Shown: positions 40,858 through 49,037 of the stretch, one piece after another
Position numbering within the stretch: the stretch's first letter is position 1
Layout: each line of letters begins with the position of its first letter
Assembly: GCA_029254375.1 (NCBI GenBank)
Contig: JAQWXR010000029.1
Span: 13,827 to 77,826, forward strand
DNA length: 64,000 nt
Direction: 5' to 3'
From: Schleiferiaceae bacterium
GTDB taxonomy: Bacteria; Bacteroidota; Bacteroidia; Flavobacteriales; Schleiferiaceae
Translations under genes and position numbers: made by a program
Notes under the pieces: generated by a model
The model's database searches: none
Seen by the model: only the letters and a program-made list of their open reading frames with translations
Told to the model about the DNA's origin: nothing

Positions 40858-41253
40858 ATGCTTCAACGAATTGTCCTACTCTTCCTACTCGCATGTAGCC
40901 TTCCCATGGAGGCTCAAAGGGTTTACACCGAAACAGGTAGGTATGAGGGCCGCTTTGACGGTGATCGATTCTACAATGCGAAAGGCCAAGTCCTGGCGCG
41001 CATTCAGGGAGGCCGAGTGTACCATGCTGACGGGCGACTATGGGCCAGACTGGATGGGGATCGGCTTTATGACGCGACTGGAAAGCTCATGGGACGACGA
41101 AATGAAAACCGATTCTACACCGAGGATGGGCGATTTTTTGCTCGGCATTCAGAAGGTCGACTGTATGAATCAACAGGTCGATATATGGGGCGGATGGACG
41201 CTGCAAACGTAGAACTTGCATTCATCTATTGCATGATTTGGCGCAATTGCTAA
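40858..41253 (+). CDS. small secreted protein built from six 16-aa repeats
   Basis: Signal peptide MLQRIVLLFLLACSLPMEAQ, then six copies of R[VFL]Y-x3-G-x4-R-x4 and a hydrophobic 15-aa tail. Confidence 0.7.
   Translation: MLQRIVLLFLLACSLPMEAQRVYTETGRYEGRFDGDRFYNAKGQVLARIQGGRVYHADGRLWARLDGDRLYDATGKLMGRRNENRFYTEDGRFFARHSEGRLYESTGRYMGRMDAANVELAFIYCMIWRNC
40918..41205 (+). repeat. six tandem 48-nt coding repeats (protein-level periodicity, DNA diverged)
   Basis: The units RVYTETGRYEGRFDGD / RFYNAKGQVLARIQGG / RVYHADGRLWARLDGD / RLYDATGKLMGRRNEN / RFYTEDGRFFARHSEG / RLYESTGRYMGRMDAA align in register. Confidence 0.8.
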
Positions 41254-41254
41254 C

Positions 41255-42829
41255 CTAAATTTTCTGACTTTCCCCCATCTTCTGGGCAATCTTTTGGGCA
41301 CACTTTTGACCATCCATAGCCGCAGACACAATACCCCCAGCATAGCCTGCTCCTTCGCCGCATGGATAAAGGCCTTGGATTTCCAAATGCTCAAGACTTT
41401 CTGTATCTCTAGGGATCCTAACCGGCGAAGACGTTCGAGACTCCGGTGCATGGAGGATGGCGTCCGAACTCATATATCCGGGCATCGATTGATTGAAGGC
41501 CTGAAGCCCCTCGCGCAAGCAACGAACGATAAAGTCAGGAAGCACTTCAGCTAAATCCACGGAAGTTCCTCCTGGAACATATGACGTTTTCGGAATATCC
41601 GAAGAAGTCTGCCCTTGGATAAAATCTGTCATGCGCTGGGTAGGCACTCTTTGACTCCTTCCTGCGGCTTCCCATGCCTTTCGTTCAATAGCAGCTTGAA
41701 ATTCCATCCCCGCAAGTGGACCATGTTCGGCAAATTCCACAAAATCCTCCAAACGGAGTTCAACCACAATGCCTGAATTGGCCGTGGTTTGATCCCGCTT
41801 GGAAGGCGACCAACCATTAGTTACCACCTCTTCTTGAGCGGTTGCGCAAGGGGCGATTACCCCACCAGGACACATACAGAAGGAATAAACCCCACGGCCT
41901 TCAACTTGCTTAACTAAGCTATAGGGTGCCGGAGGCAGAAACTCACCACGGGTCTCACAGCGATATTGTATACGATCTATTGTGGATTGAGGATGTTCGG
42001 CCCGAACACCTAAAGCGAAGGGCTTGGCTTCGATTAGAATGCCTTGTTTGTGGAGTAAGCGGAATACATCGCGAGCCGAATGGCCCGTTGCAAGAATGAC
42101 TGCTTCAGCATAAAGATCCTCCCCTGATTGGCATCGAATGCCGGTCGCACGACCCGATTCTAGGAGTAGCTCCGTCATTCGTGTAGCGAAACGAACCTCT
42201 CCTCCATGCTGGCGGATGGTTTCGCGCATGGCTTCGATGATTTTGGGGAGCTTATTGGTTCCGATATGCGGATGTGCATCCACAAGAATGTCCGGACTCG
42301 CGCCAAAAGCCACCAACAAATCCATCACACGTTGCACATCTCCACGTTTCTTGGATCGCGTATAGAGTTTACCATCGGAATACGTACCTGCCCCGCCTTC
42401 GCCGAAGCAGTAGTTGCTGTCCGGATCGACCTGATGGTGAATCGTAATTGCTTTTAGATCTCGCCGACGGCCTTGAACATCCTTCCCTCGTTCCACAAGA
42501 ATGGGCTTAATGCCCAAGGCGATGAGCTCAAGGGCAGCGAACAAGCCCGCAGGCCCCGCACCTACAACGATGACCCTGGGGGCATCATGTACATCTGGAT
42601 AGTCCGGCAGGATAGGCTCGATGCGTGGAATCTCCTCCCCTTGGTCGTAGATCACGACGGAGAGATTCATAAGTACTTGACGTTGGCGCGCATCCACCGA
42701 GCGTTTGCGAATATGCCAAGCCGCAATGGATCGTGGCGAGCGTCCCATTTTATGACAGAGCAGCCGAAGCACGGTGGCCTCGTCATGGGCTTCTTCGGGG
42801 AGAACGCGTAAAACAAGTTCTTGGGGCAT
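41255..42829 (-). CDS. FAD-dependent oxidoreductase (NAD(FAD)-utilising dehydrogenase family)
   Basis: GAGPAGLFAA dinucleotide-binding motif, 524 aa, C-terminal GEGAGYAGGI motif. Confidence 0.8.
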   Translation of the reverse strand: MPQELVLRVLPEEAHDEATVLRLLCHKMGRSPRSIAAWHIRKRSVDARQRQVLMNLSVVIYDQGEEIPRIEPILPDYPDVHDAPRVIVVGAGPAGLFAALELIALGIKPILVERGKDVQGRRRDLKAITIHHQVDPDSNYCFGEGGAGTYSDGKLYTRSKKRGDVQRVMDLLVAFGASPDILVDAHPHIGTNKLPKIIEAMRETIRQHGGEVRFATRMTELLLESGRATGIRCQSGEDLYAEAVILATGHSARDVFRLLHKQGILIEAKPFALGVRAEHPQSTIDRIQYRCETRGEFLPPAPYSLVKQVEGRGVYSFCMCPGGVIAPCATAQEEVVTNGWSPSKRDQTTANSGIVVELRLEDFVEFAEHGPLAGMEFQAAIERKAWEAAGRSQRVPTQRMTDFIQGQTSSDIPKTSYVPGGTSVDLAEVLPDFIVRCLREGLQAFNQSMPGYMSSDAILHAPESRTSSPVRIPRDTESLEHLEIQGLYPCGEGAGYAGGIVSAAMDGQKCAQKIAQKMGESQKI

Positions 42830-42868
42830 TCATCAAAGGTAGGTGGCGTCTGGGTCGTAAATTTACCT

Positions 42869-43774
42869 GTGCGTCTAACGATCTTGTTTCTCCTTTTTCT
42901 CGGATCTCTAGGACCCCTTCACGGACAAATACGCGTCCATGTGCTGGGTACGGCCCAAGATGCGGGGCGACCGCAGGCAGGATGCACTCAGCCCTGTTGT
43001 TTGGACTCTCATGGCCAAGCGAGACCCCATGAACCCGTGGTATCTCTGGGAATCACCCAAGAAAAGGGTCCGGCTTTCCTCCTGGAGGCCACCCCTGACT
43101 TCAGCGCGCAATGGAATGCGCTGACTGCGCTCAATAGCGGAGAGGAGGCTCGTCGTATTTTCATTACCCATGCACATATGGGACATTACACTGGACTCCT
43201 TTATCTCGGAAGGGAGGCGATGAATAGCCATCTCATCGAGGTCTATGGCAGCGCTCGACTCATTTCCTTCCTAAAAAGAGATCAGCCATGGAAGCAGTTG
43301 TGTGACTTGCAGAACATTTGGCCTAAAGAATGGATCGCCCCAGATCGCATTTCCCTCGAAAATGGACACATGGAAGCGCTTCAAGTGCCGCATCGCGATG
43401 AGATTTCAGATACCTACGGCTTTATTATACAGGGCCCTAGTAAGCGACTGCTCTTCATCCCTGATATCGACAAATGGGAGCGTTGGGAAATTGATTTGGA
43501 CAGTTTGATTGAAAGCGTGGACTATGCCTTATTGGATGCAACATTTTATTCTACCGAGGAACTCCCTGGCAGAAATATGGCCGACATCCCTCACCCTTTC
43601 GTCCTGGAAACGCTCAAACTCAGCCGCGACTGGCCCGAGGAACAAAAAGCCAAAATCTACTTCATTCATTTTAATCACAGCAATCCCCTCCTCGACCCTG
43701 ATAGCTCAGCCTCTTTGTTCGTACAAGCAGCTGGCTATCACTTGGCGCGAACGGGGATACATTTTGACCTATAA
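42869..43774 (+). CDS. secreted MBL-fold metallo-hydrolase (PqqB-like)
   Basis: THAHMGHYTG MBL motif. The GTG at 42869 gives a signal-peptide-like N-terminus; the longest ORF starts at TTG 42821. Confidence 0.7.
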   Translation: MRLTILFLLFLGSLGPLHGQIRVHVLGTAQDAGRPQAGCTQPCCLDSHGQARPHEPVVSLGITQEKGPAFLLEATPDFSAQWNALTALNSGEEARRIFITHAHMGHYTGLLYLGREAMNSHLIEVYGSARLISFLKRDQPWKQLCDLQNIWPKEWIAPDRISLENGHMEALQVPHRDEISDTYGFIIQGPSKRLLFIPDIDKWERWEIDLDSLIESVDYALLDATFYSTEELPGRNMADIPHPFVLETLKLSRDWPEEQKAKIYFIHFNHSNPLLDPDSSASLFVQAAGYHLARTGIHFDL

Positions 43775-43780
43775 CTATCC

Positions 43781-45367
43781 ATGGATATCCAAGACATCCA
43801 AAGCATTGAGCTGGAATACCTCCAACTCATCGATTATCAAGCGTTAAAAACTGCCATGATTTCGGCCTATCCGAGCATGCCGGAGGCCTATTGGAAAGAG
43901 CGCCATATCGCTACACTGATTGAACGTTTCCCCGAGGGCCAAGTGGTGCTGAAAATCAACGGACAACTTGCTGGATGCGCGCTGAGCATTCGAGTGATGG
44001 AAAGTGACACTAACAAAGCGCATACGTACGAACAAATTACGGGAGCATTCACCTTTTCGACCCATACAGAAACGGGCGATATGCTCTATGGTATTGATGT
44101 ATTCATTAAACCTGAATTTCGGGGGTTGCGCCTCGGGCGCAGGCTCTATGACTACCGCAAAGAGTTGTGTGAGAAATTAAATCTCAAAGGAATTGTTTTT
44201 GGAGGTCGTATTCCGCGATACCACAGTCATTCAGAGCGAATGACGCCCAAGGAATACATTGAAGCCGTCAAGCGAAAGGAACTGCATGATCCGGTGTTGA
44301 GCTTCCAAATCTCTAATGATTTTCAGCCTGTCCGCGCCTTGAAAAACTACCTCCATCAGGATGAAGATTCTCTGGGCATGGCGGTTCTCTTGCGATGGAG
44401 CAACATTTATTATGAAGAACCGAGCGAATCCGCTACCACCACGAAACGCATCGTTCGTTTAGGACTTGTTCAATGGCAGATGCGCTCCTATGCAGACCTA
44501 GATGAGCTCTTGCGTCAAGTGGAGTTTTTTGTCGATGCGGTTTCTGGGTATCGCTCCGACTTTGCGCTCTTTCCCGAGTTTTTCAATGCCCCACTGATGG
44601 CTAAGGACAATCACAAGTCCGAAGCCGAAGCGATACGTTCTTTGGCCGCTCACACCGGGGCTATTTTGGCCAAGTTCCAAGAATTATCCATCTCTTACAA
44701 CATCAATATTATTTCGGGAAGCATGCCAGAATTACGAGATGGCACGCTCTACAACGTGGGCTACCTGTGCCGCAGGGATGGAAGTTATGAGCGCTATGAA
44801 AAACTTCATATCACCCCGGATGAAGCCAAAGTCTGGGGCATGCAAGGCGGGAATAAATTGGAGGTCTTTGATACCGATTGTGGCAAAATTGGCGTGTTGA
44901 TTTGCTATGATTCAGAATTTCCAGAACTCAGCCGTCTGTTGGCAGACCAAGGCATGGACCTGCTTTTTGTGCCATTCTTGACCGATACACAAAACGGCTA
45001 TTCCCGAGTTCGACATTGCGCCCAGGCGCGTGCCATTGAAAACGAATGCTATGTCGCCATTGCAGGGAGTGTCGGCAACCTGCCAAATGTGGAAAACATG
45101 GACATTCAATACGCTCAATCTATGGTATTTACGCCTTGTGACTTCGCCTTTCCATCCAATGGCATCAAAGCAGAGGCAACTCCAAATACGGAGATGATTC
45201 TCATTGCCGACGTGGATCTCGATCTCTTACGGGAACTCCACACACGTGGAAGTGTGCGGAATCTCAGAGACCGCCGTTTGGATCTATTTTCATTGGAACG
45301 GAAAGTAACTCAGCGGCTAGATAGTGCGGCCGGCAATGATTCCCTCCACAACGGCCGGATCCAATAA
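43781..45367 (+). CDS. bifunctional GNAT N-acetyltransferase / carbon-nitrogen hydrolase (nitrilase superfamily) protein
   Basis: The N-terminal GNAT region (FRGLRLGRRLY) is fused to a CN-hydrolase domain with catalytic-triad context (FPEFF, KLHIT, LICYDSEFPE). Confidence 0.82.
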   Translation: MDIQDIQSIELEYLQLIDYQALKTAMISAYPSMPEAYWKERHIATLIERFPEGQVVLKINGQLAGCALSIRVMESDTNKAHTYEQITGAFTFSTHTETGDMLYGIDVFIKPEFRGLRLGRRLYDYRKELCEKLNLKGIVFGGRIPRYHSHSERMTPKEYIEAVKRKELHDPVLSFQISNDFQPVRALKNYLHQDEDSLGMAVLLRWSNIYYEEPSESATTTKRIVRLGLVQWQMRSYADLDELLRQVEFFVDAVSGYRSDFALFPEFFNAPLMAKDNHKSEAEAIRSLAAHTGAILAKFQELSISYNINIISGSMPELRDGTLYNVGYLCRRDGSYERYEKLHITPDEAKVWGMQGGNKLEVFDTDCGKIGVLICYDSEFPELSRLLADQGMDLLFVPFLTDTQNGYSRVRHCAQARAIENECYVAIAGSVGNLPNVENMDIQYAQSMVFTPCDFAFPSNGIKAEATPNTEMILIADVDLDLLRELHTRGSVRNLRDRRLDLFSLERKVTQRLDSAAGNDSLHNGRIQ

Positions 45368-47212
45368 GGTTGTCGTGTCACCAAGTTGCTCAAGCTCACC
45401 TTCAGCTATTTTGCGCAGAAGACGGCGCATGATCTTACCTGACCGCGTTTTGGGCAAACCCGCGACAAACTGAATTTTGTCAGGTTTCGCGATAGGGCCA
45501 ATATGCTTGACCACTTCCGCGAGAATCTCTGCACGCAGGCTCGCTTTTTCAATGCCTTGAAGGATAACGTAGGCATAAATTCCTTGGCCTTTGATGTCGT
45601 GAGGATAGCCCACGATGGCTGATTCGAGCACTTGCGGGTGCATGTTAATGGCGTTTTCTACCTCGGCGGTACCTATTCGGTGTCCACTCACATTCAATAC
45701 ATCATCCACCCGACCGGTGATACGGTATAGACCTTCTTCGTCCCGAATACAGCCATCGCCAGTGAAGTAGCGCCCAGGGTAGGTGGTGAAATAGGCTTGT
45801 CGGCAACGCGCATGATCGCCGTAGGTCGTCCGAATCATTCCCGGCCATGGGAAGCCAATGCACAGGTTTCCAGACACGCCGTTCCCGTGGATTTCTTTCC
45901 CGTGCTCATCTACAAGTAAGGGTTGAATCCCCGGTAGTGGCCGGGTGGCGTAGGTAGGCTTGGCCGCAGTAACACCCGCCAAGTTTGAAATCATCACACC
46001 CCCGGTTTCTGTTTGCCACCAGGTATCAACGATTGGAATTCGACCCTTACCCACATGGCGATCATACCAGTGCCAAGCTTCGGTATTGATGGGTTCACCC
46101 ACGGTGCCGAGCACTTTCAGGCTGGACATGGAATAGCTATCCGGAAATTCGGTGCCCGCCGCCATTAGGCTTCGGATGGCGGTAGGGGCTGTGTATAAAA
46201 TATCTACTGCGTGCTTCTCGGTGATTTGCCAAAATCGACCCGCATCCGGATAGGTCGGAATGCCCTCAAACATCAAGGTCGTTCCGCCAGCGCAGAGCGG
46301 ACCGTAGACAATATAGCTGTGCCCTGTGATCCAGCCGATATCCGCAGTACAGAAGTGAATTTGGCCCGGCTGGTATTGAAATACGTTGACAAAGGTGTAG
46401 GTCGCCCAAACCATATAGCCCCCGCAAGAATGTACGACTCCCTTGGGTTTTCCCGTAGAGCCACTTGTGTAGAGGATGAATAGGGGATCTTCTGAATCCA
46501 TGGCCTCGGCAGCTAGGTGGCCTACATTTTTGACTGACTCATGCCACCATACATCACGACCCGTTTGCATCGTTACCTCTTCCTGGGTTCGCTGATACAC
46601 GAGTACCGTATGCACCGTTGGACAGCGAGTCAAGGCCTCATCAACCACGGATTTCAGGGAAATCGTCTTTCCTCCGCGAAACGCCCCGTCACACGTGATG
46701 ACCGCTCTGGCGGAAGCGTCGATCACGCGGTCCGCAATGCTTTCCGCAGAGAATCCACCAAAGATGACCGAATGCACTGCGCCAATCCGCGCGCAGGCAA
46801 GCACGGCGACGGCCAATTCTGGAACCATGCCCATGTATATGCACACTCGATCTCCCTTGCGCAAGCCCCGTGCCTTAAGGGCGTGACCACAGGCCTCAAC
46901 CCGTTCGAGCAATTCTTTATAGGTCCACTGGATAGATGCTTCCATAGGATCGTTAGGTTCCCAAAGAATGGCCACCCGGTCCGGATGAGCCTCCACATGG
47001 CGATCCAAGGCATTTTCTGAAATGTTTAATACCCCTTCTTCAAACCAGCGGACCGAAGGCGTGTCAAATTCCCACTTCAGTACCGATTTCCAGGGTTTTT
47101 TCCACCGAAAGGTGGCCGCTATTTCCGCCCAAAAGGCATCTGGGTTTTCGGTGGCGCGAGCATACGCCGCTTCATAGTCCGAAGCAGTTTGAACTTGGTA
47201 GGGATAAGGCAT
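45317..47212 (-). CDS. acs: acetyl-CoA synthetase (acetate-CoA ligase)
   Basis: AMP-binding motif YTSGSTGKPKG, the WWQTETGG motif and C-terminal GKIMRRLLRKIA. Confidence 0.95.
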   Translation of the reverse strand: MPYPYQVQTASDYEAAYARATENPDAFWAEIAATFRWKKPWKSVLKWEFDTPSVRWFEEGVLNISENALDRHVEAHPDRVAILWEPNDPMEASIQWTYKELLERVEACGHALKARGLRKGDRVCIYMGMVPELAVAVLACARIGAVHSVIFGGFSAESIADRVIDASARAVITCDGAFRGGKTISLKSVVDEALTRCPTVHTVLVYQRTQEEVTMQTGRDVWWHESVKNVGHLAAEAMDSEDPLFILYTSGSTGKPKGVVHSCGGYMVWATYTFVNVFQYQPGQIHFCTADIGWITGHSYIVYGPLCAGGTTLMFEGIPTYPDAGRFWQITEKHAVDILYTAPTAIRSLMAAGTEFPDSYSMSSLKVLGTVGEPINTEAWHWYDRHVGKGRIPIVDTWWQTETGGVMISNLAGVTAAKPTYATRPLPGIQPLLVDEHGKEIHGNGVSGNLCIGFPWPGMIRTTYGDHARCRQAYFTTYPGRYFTGDGCIRDEEGLYRITGRVDDVLNVSGHRIGTAEVENAINMHPQVLESAIVGYPHDIKGQGIYAYVILQGIEKASLRAEILAEVVKHIGPIAKPDKIQFVAGLPKTRSGKIMRRLLRKIAEGELEQLGDTTTLLDPAVVEGIIAGRTI

Positions 47213-47219
47213 GCCTCAA

Positions 47220-47239
47220 TTTGGCACATTTTTGCCAAA
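47220..47239. promoter_or_regulatory. inverted repeat TTTGGCA-N6-TGCCAAA between the FMN_bind gene and acs
   Basis: Perfect 7-bp arms read from the sequence. Could be a weak terminator hairpin or a protein-binding site. Confidence 0.3.
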
Positions 47240-47264
47240 AATCCTCAAAGAATTCGTGTAGAAA

Positions 47265-47789
47265 TCACTCTGTGGTGTTGCGTTTGATGTCCTGCGCCAA
47301 AAGAAGTTGGTGGACATCCTCCACAAAAGCATTTACGGAGACCGTAGCACCTGAAATTCCATCGATGGTTTGGGTTTTTGACGATGCAGCGGACCATCCT
47401 TCAAACTGCCTCAACCACCACTTAGCCGTCATTTGGTATCCATAGGTAGAGGCATATTCGAGCACGCGCACTTCGCGCACTGTCCCTGTTTTTCCATCGA
47501 TATGAGCGGCGTAAACTAAGTACTCTTGGCCTGCCGAGGCCTCTGCTGCGGCATCAGGGCGAATACAGCCCCCAAAGGTGCAGGTATTAACCCGCCTTAT
47601 AGTCATCATATGAGATTCCCCGTTGGGTAGCGCACAACGCCATTGGGCGGAATCCACTTTCACCCAGATAGCATCTCCTCCAATTTTAGATTGCCAGCGT
47701 TGCAAGGCCCGAAGTGAGTACCTGTCTCCATGTTGAAAGGAAAGGAGCGCTATAATCCCGAGGACAGAAAGGCTACGCAGCATCTTCAT
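47265..47789 (-). CDS. secreted FMN-binding (FMN_bind) domain protein
   Basis: Signal peptide MKMLRSLSVLGIIALLSF from the internal Met. Contains IDGISGATVS, which matches the Dxx[ST]GA[TS] flavinylation-type motif of NqrC/RnfG-like domains. Confidence 0.7.
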   Translation of the reverse strand: MKMLRSLSVLGIIALLSFQHGDRYSLRALQRWQSKIGGDAIWVKVDSAQWRCALPNGESHMMTIRRVNTCTFGGCIRPDAAAEASAGQEYLVYAAHIDGKTGTVREVRVLEYASTYGYQMTAKWWLRQFEGWSAASSKTQTIDGISGATVSVNAFVEDVHQLLLAQDIKRNTTE

Positions 47790-47793
47790 AGCC

Positions 47794-48897
47794 TTAAAAC
47801 CAAAAACCCAAACCCGCATTAGCCGTCCAATTCACGTAGTCTGGCATACGGCGCTGTTGGATGTCTGCCTTGAGGACTACGCCTGAATGTAGAAAGAACG
47901 ATATGCCTTGAGTCCACAATAAAACAGGCTGAGCACCAGTTTGGACGTACGAATATCGGCTGAATGCCCAGCATGCATATGAACTGCGTTCTGGAAGAAG
48001 TTGCACTGATGCTTCTCCATAGCCTCCTCCTATCCAAGTCGAAACGGTGGAAACCGTCCTTATGCGGTAGGCCTCTGCGTTGCCCAAATGAGCAAAAGTC
48101 GCTTGAGCCCGGAAATGTATGCGCCGGCGTGCCCAGCGAAGATCAAAACTTGTCATCTGCAAAAAGACGGTGGTAGAATCCATCCCAGAAGCCTTTGGAT
48201 TGTATTCCGGGCTCTCTGTTTGTCCAACAAAATAGCTGGCACTTACGATGGTGTTTTTGAGCCCAGCCCATTCTAATTTACCTGTAAAACTAGGGTGCGC
48301 AGCAAGGGTTTGTCGTCCTTTTTGACGCCCGGAACGAAGGCCATTTTCGGCGTTAAAAAGAGCATTTTGGCCATCATAGGATCGTAGTCCATTCACGACA
48401 TACGCCTGGTAACCCATTGTGTAGCGAGGTAGAAAGCCCTGGAAGCCCGCACCAAGCTCTCGCCATGTACTTGGAACCACCACATGATCAAGGTAAGGTC
48501 GTTCTGAACCATGGAAGGTGGTGGGCTCATGGTATTCATTTGCGATGCCCATGGGAATCAACATTAAGCCGGCTCTGAAATTTACCCCGGGGTGCAAACG
48601 ATGCTGCACGAAAGCCTGTTCCAAATAAATCTCGGTGGCGTGCTCCACTTCTATCTCGGTTACCACCGCCGTGTTCGCATCGTATTTGTATCCGGTAAAA
48701 AGCACAAGGCGACGCGCATCCCAAGTGCCTTGAGCACCAAATGGTTGATTTCCGATACATTCCCCGTAACCACGAATGCTTAGTGTGCCACTGGCTTGAA
48801 GTAGTTGATTGGCCGTGTTTGGCTGAAATGTCCATTGGGCCAAAAGAGGAAATGACAAGGAAACGAACCAGGTCATAAGGAAGCCTTGCGAGCGCAT
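47794..48897 (-). CDS. porin-like outer-membrane beta-barrel protein
   Basis: Signal peptide, alternating beta-strand-like composition rich in Y/G/aromatic residues, and a C-terminal ...GLGFWF ending in Phe. Confidence 0.6.
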   Translation of the reverse strand: MRSQGFLMTWFVSLSFPLLAQWTFQPNTANQLLQASGTLSIRGYGECIGNQPFGAQGTWDARRLVLFTGYKYDANTAVVTEIEVEHATEIYLEQAFVQHRLHPGVNFRAGLMLIPMGIANEYHEPTTFHGSERPYLDHVVVPSTWRELGAGFQGFLPRYTMGYQAYVVNGLRSYDGQNALFNAENGLRSGRQKGRQTLAAHPSFTGKLEWAGLKNTIVSASYFVGQTESPEYNPKASGMDSTTVFLQMTSFDLRWARRRIHFRAQATFAHLGNAEAYRIRTVSTVSTWIGGGYGEASVQLLPERSSYACWAFSRYSYVQTGAQPVLLWTQGISFFLHSGVVLKADIQQRRMPDYVNWTANAGLGFWF

Positions 48898-48914
48898 GAA
48901 TTGACTTTATTTTT

Positions 48915-48927
48915 AATTAGACTAATT
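48915..48927. promoter_or_regulatory. palindrome AATTAG-A-CTAATT in the divergent control region
   Basis: Perfect 6-1-6 palindrome lying between a minus-strand TACATTTG -7-like box and the porin gene start. Confidence 0.3.
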
Positions 48928-48939
48928 CTAAATAATGCG

Positions 48940-48947
48940 CAAATGTA
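48940..48947 (-). promoter_or_regulatory. candidate Bacteroidota -7 promoter element (TACATTTG) for the porin/FMN_bind genes
   Basis: Matches TAnnTTTG on the minus strand, about 43-50 nt upstream of the ATG at 48897. Confidence 0.3.
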
Positions 48948-49037
48948 GCGTGACTCACCTTAGCAAACCATCGCACTTTGCACATTTTTTCTTGGGAAAG
49001 AAATGGAAAAGCTCAGGATCCTTCCTAATTTCACATC

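Noticed and set aside
40796-41212. A 138-aa ORF overlapping the repeat-protein gene in another frame.
   Set aside because: It lacks a signal peptide and lacks the in-register 16-aa periodicity that the 40858-41253 frame shows. It is probably kept open only by the repetitive sequence.
42821-42829. An apparent 9-nt head-to-head overlap of the divergent FAD-oxidoreductase and MBL genes.
   Set aside because: It depends on a TTG start for the MBL gene. The in-frame GTG at 42869 yields a signal-peptide-like N-terminus and leaves a 39-bp gap, so the overlap is probably an ORF-calling artefact.
47222-47236. A sigma-54-like TGGCAC-N5-TGC element inside the acs-upstream palindrome.
   Set aside because: The GG-to-GC spacing is one base shorter than the canonical -24/-12 spacing. 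On the acs strand the element would leave essentially no 5' UTR, and no enhancer-binding-protein gene is nearby.
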